A DNA stretch of 64,000 nucleotides from contig NW_024704742.1 of the NCBI RefSeq assembly GCF_018977255.1, positions 104,348,001 to 104,412,000 on the forward strand, given 5' to 3'. The position numbers and the translations under genes are program-made. Within the stretch, counting starts at the first letter, position 1. Each line of letters starts with the position of its first letter. Source of the DNA: Callorhinchus milii (lineage: Eukaryota). Shown one piece after another: positions 51,203-63,118 of the stretch. The notes beneath the pieces are model-generated. The model had not been told where the DNA came from, searched no databases, and saw only the letters and a program-made list of their open reading frames with translations.

Positions 51203-52190
51203 CAAACAAACACAAACAAAATTACATTTGTATAGCACATTTCACATCCTGGGGACGTTCTAAGGCCCTGGACAATCAGTGTTTTGGACCTGAGCTGGCG
51301 GTCTGGATCGGGGAGGGTGGAGGGCGGGGGGAGAAGGAGGATGATTGAAGGCACAGTCAAAGAGGAGGGTCTTGAGATGGGTATTGAAGGAGGTAAGGGA
51401 GGGGGCGAGGTGGAGAGATTGCGGGATGGAGTTCCAGAGGGTGGGGGCAGAGTGGTTGAAGGCCCGCTTGTTAATGGTGGGGCAAACAAGGTCGGGGACG
51501 TGAAGCAAGCTGGAGCCCACTGAGTGGAGGGAGCGGGCAGGTTGGTAGGGGATTAGAAGGTTGCAGAGGTGGGGGGGAGCAAGGCCATGGAAAGCTTTGA
51601 AGGTGAGGACCAGGATCTTGAACTATATCCTCTGTGTGATGGGAAGCCAGTGGAGTCGGGCGTGGATGGGACTGATAAAGTCACGGAGCCTGGTGCGGGA
51701 GAGGACATGGGCTGCAGAGTTTTTGATGATCTGCAGCCTATAGAGGGAACGGTTGGGGAGGCCAACAAGCAGGGAGTTTGAATAGTCAAGCCTGGATGTT
51801 CTGAATGCATGTATGAAGATTTCAGCAGCCTGCGGTGTGAGACCGTGACAGAACTGGGTGATGTTACCAAGGTGGGGGAAGGCAGAATGGGTCATGGTAC
51901 GGATGTGGGGTACAAAGGATAGTTGAGGATCAAACAAGACTCCAAGGTTCTGGACTGGCTTAGTAAGGTGGAGTGTGAAACCATGGATGGTGATGCTGTC
52001 ACCTGAGGTGTGGAGGCGCTGACGGGAGCCAATCAGGAGAGCCTCGATCTTGTTGACGTTGAACTGAAGAAAGTTAGCTCTCATCCAGGACTTGATATCT
52101 GACAGATATTCTGTCAGGACAGCAGTGTTCCTGGAGTCAAGGGTTGAGGCAGAAACATACAGTTGGGTGTCATCCGCATGCATGTGGATC
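51203..52190 (-). mobile_element. L2 LINE, 5'-truncated RT fragment
   Basis: HMHADDTQLY..SRLDYSNSLLVGLP..ARLHWLPITQRI; SAPTLWNSIP; terminal stem-loop. Confidence 0.93.
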
Positions 52191-53039
52191 TCATCTCCTC
52201 CATTTCTAAAGCAATTGATAAACATACAGTTTTGTCTATTGTTCCAAATATTTATTTTCTCCTCAAAAATTCACAGTACTCTATAAAGCCCCATCTTACC
52301 TAGGACTTCAATATTGCTCCAACATTTGAGGAGCTTTTGGTAACAACAATCTCTCACTCTTGGACAATGTAAGAAAAATTTGCCATCTGACAAGTGATCA
52401 AACTCCTGCTTCTGACCTCCACCCTAACTCATTGTGCCATAGTCTTTCCTGTCTCTCCCTATTTCATCAGTGTTACAATGGTGGTGCTCCTCTTAAGTTC
52501 CCTCTATTGTCCTCCCAAGATTTATTATGTCATCCCGCACGCACTTTCTCTGCCTTTCATCTTCACTGTGTTAAAATCAAAACACTGAGCACTGTCGCCA
52601 ACTCTGGCTCATTCTTTCCCAGGTCCTGACCATGGGCCAAAGCCAGTCACTCTGGCACTCAATGAACGAGACACTTGTTGTAAACCCATCCAACTGATAT
52701 TTGATTTTGTACCTGCTTTTTAGGTCACCATAGCTATGGCCTACTATTCTGGTTCATGACCTACTTCTTAATTTTTGAACTCCAAAAAAGACTGAATGAC
52801 ATTAATTTATCCTTGGCTTTCTGAATCTCTTTGGTAAAGCTACCAATTTGTCTGATGAATTGGCAATTACATGTAGAGATGCTTATTGGTGTCAGACTGG
52901 CTCAGTTGCTAGTGAGACGTTACACCACATGAAGGGAGTTATATTTATAAATTACAACACATATATATTGTAAATTGTTATTGTTTTTGTTGGTAACACT
53001 CTTGCCTCTAGTCATCCCACACAAACTTCCTCTTCCTCA

Positions 53040-53295
53040 TCAATCTTCTGTGCAGGATCTTACCAGATGCCTTTTGGTAATCCAGATATGCTACATCCAC
53101 AGCACTGATCTACGTTTCAGTTATTACCTCAAGTAATGCTCTTAAATTGGTCAAACAGGATCTGGCCTTCACAAATCCATGTTGACTGTCCCTGATTAAC
53201 TTTCCAAGTCCTCACTAATCTGGTTCCTTATTATTGCTTCCAGAAGTTTACCCACAACTGACATAAGACTAACTGACCTTTAATTCTCTGGCTTC
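53040..53295 (-). mobile_element. Old CR1 RT fragment
   Basis: Minus translation remnants SVSLMSVVGKLLE, QHGFVKARSCLTNL, VDVAYLDYQKA. Confidence 0.8.
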
Positions 53296-53691
53296 TCTGG
53301 AGAAATCAATCGCTACACAATTTGCCGAAGGCTTTGAATAAAGATAGTTGGTTGCTGTCACTTTACTGAAAACTGGCTCCTCAGTAGCAATTTCATTGTA
53401 AGTGAACTGTAATTTCCAACCCATTATATTCCAGAACTCTGCTGAATTTCCAATCACAAATTCAGATGAAAGATCAGGTATTATAAAGTGGCCATAGAAG
53501 TCTGCTCCACTCAAGATGATTCATGTAGCAGGAGCTGCATTTCAGTGAGAAATGACAATCACAATCCCAGGAAGAGGAAATAGCAGAGCTCAAGAGGCCA
53601 TGACTTTCCAAAGCTCGTACTGAAAGACAATGACCGAGGCCTTTTAAGTTGAGCAGGCAGTTGAGGAACACAATTGATTAGAAATTACAGG

Positions 53692-54822
53692 TCACTCATG
53701 TTGTAATTGCAGTTTTTCATAAAGTGAAAATAACCAACGAGCCTTTATGCTCCATCTTCTGCACTTTAAGGGGATGGCAAGCCAGTGGAGGCGAGCGAGG
53801 TTGGGAGTGATGTGGTCCCGAAGCCTGGTGCGGGACAATACATGAGCTGCAGAGTTCTGAATGACCTGCAGCTTGTGGAGGGAAGTGCCGGGAAGGCCGG
53901 CGAGGAGAGAGTTCCCATAGTCCAGCCTTGAGGTGATAAAGGCGTGGACCAGACTTTCAGCAGCGTGAGGGGTGAGGTAGTGCCGTAGTCTGGCGATGTT
54001 CCAGAGGTGATGGAAGGCGGTGCCAGTTGTGGCCCGGATGTGGGGAAGAAAGGACAGCTCAGGGTCGAACAGAACCCCGAGGTTCCTGACCGGCTTTGAG
54101 AGATGGAGAGTGCAGCCTTGGATGCTGATGGTGTCGGCGCCTGAGGTGTGGAGGCGCTGACATGAGCCAATCAGGAGGGCCTCAGTTTTACGCACGTTGA
54201 GCTGAAGAAAGTTGTCTCTCGTCCAGGACTCGATGTCAGACAGGAAGGCTGTCAGGACATCGGTGGTCGTGGAGTTGAGGGTAGAGGAGGAAAGGTAGAG
54301 TTGGGTGTCATCCGCATACATGTGGAAGTTAACCCCATGTCTGCGGATGATGTTACCAACGGGGAGCATATAGAGGGTGAAGAGGAGGGGACCGAGGACA
54401 GAGCCCTGAGGGACACCGCACGAGACAAAGCCGTTTGTGGAAACAAAATGAAGACGGTGGGAGAGGTATGACCTAAACAACTCAAGGACAGGGCCTTGAA
54501 GGTTGAGGTGGGAGGACAAGCGGTGGAGGAGGATAGCGTGGTCGACCGTATCGAATGTTGCCGATAGGTCGAGGAGGACGAGGAGGCAGAGGGAGCCCTG
54601 GTCGCAGATGGTCAAGATGTCATTGGTGACCTTGACCAGGGCAGTTTCTGTGCTATGAGCAGCACGGAAACCCGACTGAAGGGTTTTGAATAATGCATGG
54701 GTGGAGAGGAAAGAGCGCAGCTGGGAGGCGACAACTCTTTCAAAGACCTTGGACAGGAAGGGGAGGTTGGAGATGGGCCGGTAGCTTGATAGCTGCGACG
54801 CATCAAGGGAGGGTTTTTTCAA
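53692..54822 (-). pseudogene. L2 ORF2 reverse transcriptase domain (376-aa open frame; last residues run into flank)
   Basis: [48 protein letters not shown] motifs. Confidence 0.93.
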
Positions 54823-56335
54823 AGTGGGAGTGATGATGGCAGTTTTTAGGGAATGGGAACAGAGCCAGAGGAGAGGGACAGGTTGATGATGTCTGTGATA
54901 TGTGGGGCAAGGAGGTGGAGCTGAGAGATAAGGAGTGGAATGGGGATGGGGTCAAGGGAGCAGGTGGTGGGTTTCAGGGACAGGGTGAGGTTGGTGACAG
55001 AGGGTGGGGAAACGGGTACGAAGGTGTGCAGGGGAGGATGGGTAGGAGTCGGAGTGTGGGAGGGAGGGGTGGGGGGTGGGTGGAAGTTGGAGGGGAGTGA
55101 CCGCAGAGCGGATTCCCTTGATTTTGGATTCAAGGAAATCCAGCATCTCCTCGCAGTGAAGGTTGGAGGAGATGACCTGCACGGGGTGGTGGGGGGATGG
55201 AGGAGTCGGGATGTGGTTAACTTCTTCCAGGGGCGGTAGAAGATGGTGGTGGGTCTGGTGGAGGTGGGGAGGGGGGTGGAGGTGGTGAAGGAGATGAAGT
55301 GGTGATTGGAGATGGCCTTGTCGGTAATGGTGACATCCGAGACACTGAGGCCCCGAGTGATCACCAAATCGAGTGGGTGACCGTGACTGTGAGTGGCGGA
55401 GTTGATGTGGAGGGAGAGGTTGAGCGAGGAGAGCAGGGAAGAGAAGTCCGAGGAGATGGAGCAGGAGGGGTGAAGTGCAGGTTGAAGTCACCCAGGATGA
55501 TGAGGCGATCAGAGCAGAGGCAGAGAGATGTAAGTAGTGTAGAAATATCGGAGACGAAGGTGGGAGAGGTTTTAGGGGGCCGGTAGAGGAGGAGGATTTT
55601 AAGTGAGAGGAAGGAGGGGTAGGAGAGGGTGAGGTGCTCGAAAGAGGGGAAAGAGCCAGAGGAGTAGGGGGATAGGGCAAGTGGTGTCCTTGAGATAAAG
55701 GCAACACCACATCCACGGCGGTTGGGGCGAGGGATGTGGTGGGAAGTGTAGCCGGGTGGCGTGGCCTCTGTGAAGGGGAAGGTGTCACCTGGGGTGAGCC
55801 AGGTTTCCGTTAAGGCTATGATGTCAACGCTCTCATCAAGGATGAGATCGTTGATGACCAGGACCTTGTTACAGAGGAAGCGGACGTTTTGTAGTCCGAT
55901 GTGGAGGGAGCGGTTGATAGAAGGGTGTGTGGTGAGGGAGGGGAGTCCAGGTTGTGAGGCAGGGGTGGGGGGAATGGGGATAAGGGAGGAGAGGTTGACT
56001 CCCCGGGTCTGTGCCCGGGGTGGCTGGGGAGTGTAGTGGGGAATGGGGCAGTCGGTGTGGCTGCTGCTGGACAGCCAACGCCGAGTGCCACGGTGAGTCC
56101 GGCGGAGGATTCCCAGGCTGGAACAGAGGGAGGTTGTGGGAGGGTCAAGTGGGGATAAAAGGCGAGAGGGACGGAGAGATAAGACAGAGAGGGAGAAATG
56201 CAGAGGGGGGAGGGTTTGGGGGGAGAGAGGAGGGGTTGAGGGGGCTCGGGTCAGAGAGGCAGCCATATTACGCACGCGGGGACCGGTAGCAGGCGGTCAG
56301 GTGGATGGCATTAACCCATAGGCTGGGACTGGAGC
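53767..56335 (-). mobile_element. Near-full-length L2 LINE lacking its 3' end; APE + RT in frameshifted ORFs
   Basis: ORFs 55361-56275, 54846-55367 and 53692-54822 tile ORF2; homology stops abruptly after LHWLAIP with no tail. Confidence 0.95.
55361..56275 (-). pseudogene. L2 ORF2 N-terminus and AP-endonuclease domain
   Basis: LGILRRTHRG, GLQNVR, IALTETWL, RGCGVA, LYRPP, ILGDFNLH; ISNHH lies in the next frame. Confidence 0.92.
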
Positions 56336-57239
56336 AAACAAAATACACATACATAACCTCACACAAGACCGTGATGATTAGGGAGTCTGTTATGGTGCCA
56401 GATCTTTATGATGAAAGCCATGTCCAAACATCACCTAGCAGCTCCCTGTCAAACTGAAGACATTTTTTACTGTTAAGAACTGTTAAGAACGGGTCCAAAA
56501 AGAAAAGAAAAAAAAATTGTAATATGATCCGCATTGGCACTTTGCCATGTGTACACCTAGCATTTAATAGCCTAGCACTGCCTTGTGTGAAGCTGCAGGC
56601 AGTGTGCGTGAGGAATAAAGTTTGCTTTACATTAATGCATCACCATAGTGGCAATTGAGGTTACCTCCCTGTTCCCAGGAGCTAAACTGTCTCATGTTTC
56701 ATGTGAGCAACAACTGGCAACATCCCTGAGGTGCTTCTGTCGCCAAAGCCCTCAATGGAGTATTTTGTTTCCTTGTATTTTTTAAATTAGTTCTGTAGAA
56801 ACCTGTTCTGGATTCCTTGCTGTGTCCACCACTAAATAAACTAAATGGGTGTGTGTATTGTAATGCTATAAGATTTTCTGATGACACCAAATATCAGGAA
56901 ATGCTTGAACAGAATAAAAAAAAGAGAAACAAAAAATAATGAGCTTTGGGGAATTGTGTAATAATGGTTGATTTTAGGTTTTGTAATTTCTTGGATCCCG
57001 AGTCCCAGAACGAAGACCGGCCAAAGATTGATAATCTCCCTGGAGCTCTGAAGATTGCCTTTATCCAGTGATATTAATTCTGTCAGTGGACATCTCAATG
57101 TTGAGTCAGTATTGCAACACCTTCAAGATGTTTGCACATGTGTAAACCAACTTTGGAGGGANTTTTTTGTGGTGTCTTCTTCATGCCAATAAGTGGTAAC
57201 AGAATTGCCAAGAAAAAAGCCAGGAGCACTATATACTAT

Positions 57240-57557
57240 GTGGAGTCCTGTAGCTCAGTGGTTAGAGCACTCGCTTTGCAAGCGGGAGACCTGAGTTCAA
57301 TTCCAGGCAGAGGTCGAAACCTTGGGCAAGTTTCCTTACTCCACACAGAGCCTAATAATAATCCCTCCAAAACCAAAACAATAATAAATTGGTCATTTTC
57401 AATCTACGACTGTTTGTGGGACATTGCTGTGCGCAATTGGCTGCCGCGTTCACCCACAAATATACAGTCAATTCACTTTACAGTGCGTTCTGTGAAGCGC
57501 TTTGGGACGTCCTCCCGACGTGAAAAGCGCTATATCAAATGCAAGGATTATTATTAT
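57240..57557 (+). mobile_element. tRNA-Ala-derived SINE, young short subfamily
   Basis: Nearly identical to 4391-4722. Confidence 0.95.
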
Positions 57558-57900
57558 ACAATACAATCACAATGCAATTTACATTGTGTAACACCTTTCA
57601 TGTCGGGGCATCCCAAATCACATTTACAGTGCCCGATTGACACCCGAGCTGGGGTTGGGAGCCAAGTAGGGTGGGAGGGGAAAGATGACCAAAAGCGTGA
57701 TCAAAGAGGTATGTTTTGAAAGAGGGGAGAGAAGGAGCAAGTCGGAAAGATGTAGTTTCAGAGAGAAGTGGTAGAATGGCTGAACATTCGCTCCCTGATA
57801 GTGGGACGGTTAGGGCGGGGGGCATGAAGCAGGTTGCTGCTCACTGAGTGAAGGGAGTGGCCGGGTTGGTCGAGTTGAAGTAAGTCGCAGAGTATTTCAT
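57558..57900 (-). mobile_element. Old L2 3' fragment, tail-to-tail with the SINE
   Basis: Minus translation SFRLAPSLPSFKTYLFDHAF; degenerate stem-loop. Confidence 0.8.
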
Positions 57901-58054
57901 AACCAGATTTAGGTCTGTGACACTTCCAATGCCCTGTGCGAAAAGGCTTCTAATACAAGCCAAGATTACAAATCTAGTCCATTGCTTGTAAATAAACAAG
58001 ATAGATGTGAATGTGAAAGAAGGTACCAATGGGGAAAATATTTTATACATTGAA

Positions 58055-58143
58055 AATACCTGTGCTAGCAAGATCATATCATGTATAACTTACCACAGTT
58101 AGTGGTAAGTTATACATAATATGACCTTGTTAGCACAGGTATT
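58055..58143. repeat. Near-perfect inverted repeat, 42-bp arms with 5-nt loop
   Basis: 58055-58096 versus 58102-58143: 39 of 42 positions Watson-Crick complementary; the three differences are transitions. Confidence 0.95.
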
Positions 58144-58799
58144 CCTAGTAGTTAGTATTAATATTTGTGTTCTGACTTGAAAGCTGGTTCTTAAAGATGT
58201 AATGAAGAGCGCAATATGCCCCAAATTAACCTGCAATCTAATCTCTGGAAAAATGGAATAACAGCTGGTTTTGCATAAACAGGGTCTTTCTGAATCTTCT
58301 TGATTGGCAAGAATAACGTGGGAGTATGTGAAAGGAAAAGTAGTACAGCTTAACCATTTGCATTCTTTTCTAACAGTTTATAAAAACTTATTTCTGAGCA
58401 GCAATCCATTACGCTTGTTAATACAAAATGTAAATTGTCTTTCAAACACTCTGAACATAAGATATTAATACGTGGGGGAAGATCATCCCTGTGATCTAAA
58501 TTAGGAGGATATTGTAAGTTATTGATAAAAATTGAGATTACAATGAACCCTGAAGCACATTTAAGAAGCTCGGACTGGAATAGCACGCGATCAGTCTCAC
58601 ATAGTTGGTAATGACCAAACAAGTGGGTGTTTAGAAACAGCGGAACATTATCAGCCAAACAAAATAACTGGTGTTTATTCAGCGCCAGTTCATGAACTTC
58701 AATTAAGAACCACATGTCTTTTATCCAAAATGATAATTTTTACTATCCTCTTCCACAACTCTATTCAGCTGTAACGATAAAAATAATAGTAATCCTTGC

Positions 58800-59229
58800 A
58801 CAAAAACAGAAGTCGCTGGGAACACTCAGCAGGTCAGGCAGCATCTATGGAAAAAGGAAAGTGAGTGTTAATAATCTAAAAATTTGCTTCCACTTTCCAC
58901 CCCTCCATGACATTCACATGGTGCACATCTCTATTTCCTGTTTTGTTGTAATCCCCCCTTTTGTTTTGCATCATTAACGCCACTTTAACCCATCATCCGC
59001 TGTTCTCTACCTCACTTTCTCCTTTGTCTTCCTTGTCCTGCCTTCCCCCTCTCTGTTAGCCCTTAAAAGCCTCTCCCTCCCAACATTCCCCAGTTCTGAC
59101 GAAGGGTCAGGACCTGAAATGTTGACTGACTTTCCTTTCTCTATGGAGGCTGCCTGACCTGCTGATGGTTCCCAGCGACTTCTGTTTTTGTTTCAGATTT
59201 CCAGCATCTGCAATATTTTGCGTTTTGTA
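58800..59229 (+). mobile_element. Non-coding Penelope-type element with inverted 5' segment and hammerhead motif
   Basis: 58800-58866 is an inverted copy of 59125-59191; inserted in a SINE tail with duplication ta(g/a)taatccttgc (58787-58799 and 59230-59242). Confidence 0.8.
59091..59128 (+). ncRNA. Minimal type I hammerhead ribozyme motif
   Basis: CAGTT CTGACGA a-gggt-cagg-acct GAA ATGT T GACTG; stem I CAGTT/GACTG, stem II gggt/acct, stem III ATGT (CpG-decayed ACGT), GUU triplet. Confidence 0.75.
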
Positions 59230-59590
59230 TAATAATCCTTGCTTTTGATATAGCACCTTATCACGTCTTCAAGACGTCTCAAAGTGCTTCACAGAATATA
59301 CTGTGAAGTGAATTGACTGTATATTTTTTGGGCGAAACGCGGCAGCCAATTGTGCACAGCAGTATCCCACAACAGTCGTGGATTGAAGTGAGCAATTTTT
59401 TAAAAAATGAATTATTACCCCCTGAAAAGTGATCTGCCAATCGACTAACAACCAGGTTCCTATTTACTGCTTGGTAAACGGAGGAATGTGGATTGAGGAA
59501 ACTCACCCAACATTTCGCCTGCTGGGAATCGAACCTAAGTCTCTTGCTTGCGAGGTGAGTCCTCCAACCACTGAGCTACAGGACTCCACA
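59230..59590 (-). mobile_element. tRNA-derived SINE, long subfamily
   Basis: Reverse strand starts gtggagtcctgtagctcagtggttgg, B box ggttcgattcc; full body and tail. Confidence 0.92.
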
Positions 59591-60960
59591 TGCAATATCA
59601 GACATGAAGCCAGATTTGTTTTATTACTATACAACCATTCTACTTGGTAATCATAGAACTGCCTGTGACTTGCAGTTAAGGTGGGAAGAAGGGCAGATGG
59701 AGAATATAATGTATTATATTCTAAAGTGATAACTATTACCTCTCACTATGATCTACAGTAACTTTTAAAAGACTCAAAGACAATATTGCAATGTCAGGGG
59801 CTGCCCAAGCCTGAATGTAGAACAGAGTTGGGGATAATCATACCATCACCCTCACAGAGTGAAAAATACATCTGCAAAGAAATGAATAACATGAGACCAA
59901 ATGGAAGATTTCATCTCATAAAGTGAACCTTTGCTTCCAAAATCTTTTGGCTATTAACACTAGCCAAGAGTTTTCTCAAATAACTTGTATTTGCCTCAGG
60001 ATTGATATCATAACTATTTTAAAGTGTATTAAAGATGACATTTTCCAATGGTTGGTAGATTTATAGGTTGTGGCTGAATGCGCTTATAATGGGGAAAATC
60101 ATTGATTTACATGGATCAAGTCCAGGCCAGACTCATGGAATAAAGGTCTCCTTTATAAGAGGGCTCTCTTTGCTGGCTGAATGGGTCTGTTGACTATTTT
60201 ATACTGTACTTTTCACTGCAATGCAAATGCAGACAGTATAAATCTATCTGACATTTTCTCAAACATGGTTTCTAAAAACTTGGGAAAACCCACAGACTTT
60301 TAACGGATTATCGTTAATGTTATTAAACAACTATTTGCCTGTAAATTCTTTAATTATATTAGAAACTAAAACAAATTAGCGGAACCCTAAACTTAGTTGT
60401 TCTTGTACAGAGCTCTGCTGAGCATTGTCTCCAAAGGTATATATTGTATTCATCATCTCTACAGCTTCAGCCCCGTTACTGGATAGTCCAAGTCCACACT
60501 ACAGAACTGCCCTGTAATTCAGTACTGCTGGCATTAAATTCAAACTAAGATGCCACAAGAATACAGTATCCTTGCGGTGGTAGTAGTGTGGGAAACAGAA
60601 AGGCTCCAGTAGGTTAACATTTCATCCAAAGGATGGCATTCCAACAGTGCAGCACATATCCGGCACTGAATTGGTGTGTCAGCCTAGACACTACGAGTTC
60701 AAAGTTCCAACGTGGAGTTTGCACCCATAACCTTCTGACTTGGAGGCAAGAGTGCTACCCCTACACAGCTGAAGATAAATGTATCAATTCGGCTCAGTTG
60801 GCAGCTCAGTTTGACTACAAATACATTTGCACACTCGTAGTGACTGTAATTGCAGTCAAACTCAGCAGCCAATTTTCTCATAGCAAAGTCTCACAAACAA
60901 CCATGAAGTGAATGACATTTTTTTAAAATCTAGGGGTTGGCTAGGACACTGGAAGAAACT

Positions 60961-61332
60961 AATAATCATTTTACTGTAAAGTTTGTAGCGACTGTCTATT
61001 TGTAGGTGAATGCGGCAGCTAATTTGCACACAGTGACATCCCACAAACAGCCAGGAATTGAATGAACAATTTTATCTAGGAGATTGTTGGCCAGGACATT
61101 ACGATAAACTCCTGTCTCTTTACAGACATTGCCATGGGATCTTTAATGTCCACCTGAACAAGCAGACAGAACCTCTCATGTCTCAGCCTGCAAAAATGCA
61201 GCTCTGCCCCAACACTGCTCTGAAGTGTCCGTCTAGACTGTGTCCTCCAAGTCCCGGCAGGAGGCTTGAAACCACAACCTGCTGACTGATAGGCGAGAGC
61301 ACTACCAGTTAAGCCAACTAAGCCGGGCTGAC
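60961..61332 (-). mobile_element. Deu-domain SINE (further fragments at about 60600-60960)
   Basis: gccatgggatctttaatgtccacctgaac core and tRNA-like head. Confidence 0.8.
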
Positions 61333-62497
61333 AGACAACTGATGCTGGCAATGGAACATGTTGGGTGTCATGCATTTTGACAAGTAAAAATACACTAAAA
61401 AAGGCATTCAGAAATCCTGCCACAACTCGCCTTGCGCTGCACGGCAATAGTGTCCTGACAACCAACCACACATTCACATGCTCCCTGTGGCTTTCATTTT
61501 AATAATATATTTCTGTACAACCGTCCTTTTTATGTACCTCCTTCTATCCGTTAATCTTATGCTGAAACAAATTGAAAACTAGTTTTGTTTCACATAATAC
61601 AATCAAGGGTTGCTTATCTCTGCAACGTAATTTCTTTGTGGAAACAATAACAGTGCTGGCCCTCTGCAAGGCAAGATTAAAACCTCATTGACTTCTAAAA
61701 CAGTTTATACAAACTGCTTGATGCTGAGCTATGAAACTGCTTGAAAGAGCTAGAGTTAGTTATCCTTTCATGTGCATTGCTTAAGTTGAATTCAACAAGT
61801 TATAGCTAAAGAGAGTTGCATAGTATTACCCTCACTTCCCCATGCCAGAGCCCTTATTTAAATAAGCGACTGATTGGCAGAAGCCTGATGTTGGCAACTA
61901 CTCAAGAGAAAGCTTGTCCTCAGTTGACTTCTTAGGTTTCATAAACCATATTTCTGCCAAATCTCCTGCTGTCTGTTAAACTGAAATTCCTCCAACGCCT
62001 TCACACAAGTCTGAGTCAAACAAGGATAGAGTACAAGGTGCAATCCGTAATGAACAGATTTTAACTGTTCTACCAATGCACGGACACTACTTGGGAAAAC
62101 TGATGACTACTTTGTGCTGCATTCAAAATGTGGAAACATTGATCTGTAAAAGTGAGTCAGATGTGCTTAATGAATACTTTGAAGATGAGCTGGAAGCTCT
62201 CAAAACACTCAAATGAGCTATCTGCTTGTGGCTTGATCTTACTTTCCAAGACTCAATCACACTGACCCACCTTGGTAAATTGCCAAATAGTTATATTATT
62301 GTCATTGCGATCAATTACTTTAATTTCTAGAGGGCTTTTTAATAAACTGGAAGCACACTAGGCCACTCTGAGGGATCTCAGTTTCGAAGCAATTTGCTAT
62401 CAGAGAGGGGTTCGCACAGGTTGCCCACGATGAAAGTGTCTCCTTAATAAGGAATCCCATTCAAAATTGTTGCTCATGAGATCTCAATACCATCCAA

Positions 62498-62865
62498 TGG
62501 GCAACTTTCCTTAATCCATCCGCCTCTATTTACATAGCAGTACGTAGGAATCCAGTTGTTAGTCGATTGGCAAACGCTTTTCCGGGGGCAATAATCCATT
62601 CAAAAAAAATACTAATGTGGTCATTTAATCTACTCCTGTTTATGGGATGCTGCTGTGCACAATTGGCTGCTGCATTTCGCCCACAAAATATACAGTCTAT
62701 TCACTTTACAGTTTATTCTGTGAAGTGCTTTGAGACGTCTAGAAGACGTGAAAAGCGCTATATCAAATGCAAGGATTATTATATTGTTATTCTGTGAAGC
62801 ACTTCGAGATGTCACAAAGCTGTGATAAGACTCTATGTTAAATGCAAGGATTATTATATTATTAT
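62498..62865 (+). mobile_element. Headless long-subfamily SINE followed by a second tail
   Basis: Body from gggcaactttcc to the tail at about 62790, then a repeated ttctgtgaagc...aaatgcaaggattatta. Confidence 0.85.
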
Positions 62866-62964
62866 TTTAATTGGTTAACCTCTGACAGTACCTAAATGCA
62901 CACTCTGGGGTCCCCAAGCTGCGGATCTTGCCAACCTAGGTCTAATACTTTCCGGATTTAAGTT

Positions 62965-63118
62965 AGCAGGATGCGTCCCTTCAGGGAGAGTGTGCATGCC
63001 ATTCCAGTACATGGGAATTTCCATATGTAGGTGGGGTACATGGAACGTTCAGTTTGGTTCGGATACTTGAAAGCATGCAAACAAGTTTCCGCATCTGTCA
63101 GACACCCGGCTGACCAAA
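62965..63118. repeat. Unclassified interspersed repeat (family X)
   Basis: Homologous to 1-143; ends tgtcagacacccggctgaccaaa like the palindrome arm at 8372-8397. Confidence 0.75.

Noticed and set aside
58350..58715. 121-aa minus-strand ORF
   Set aside because: No recognisable domain or splice context; compatible with chance.
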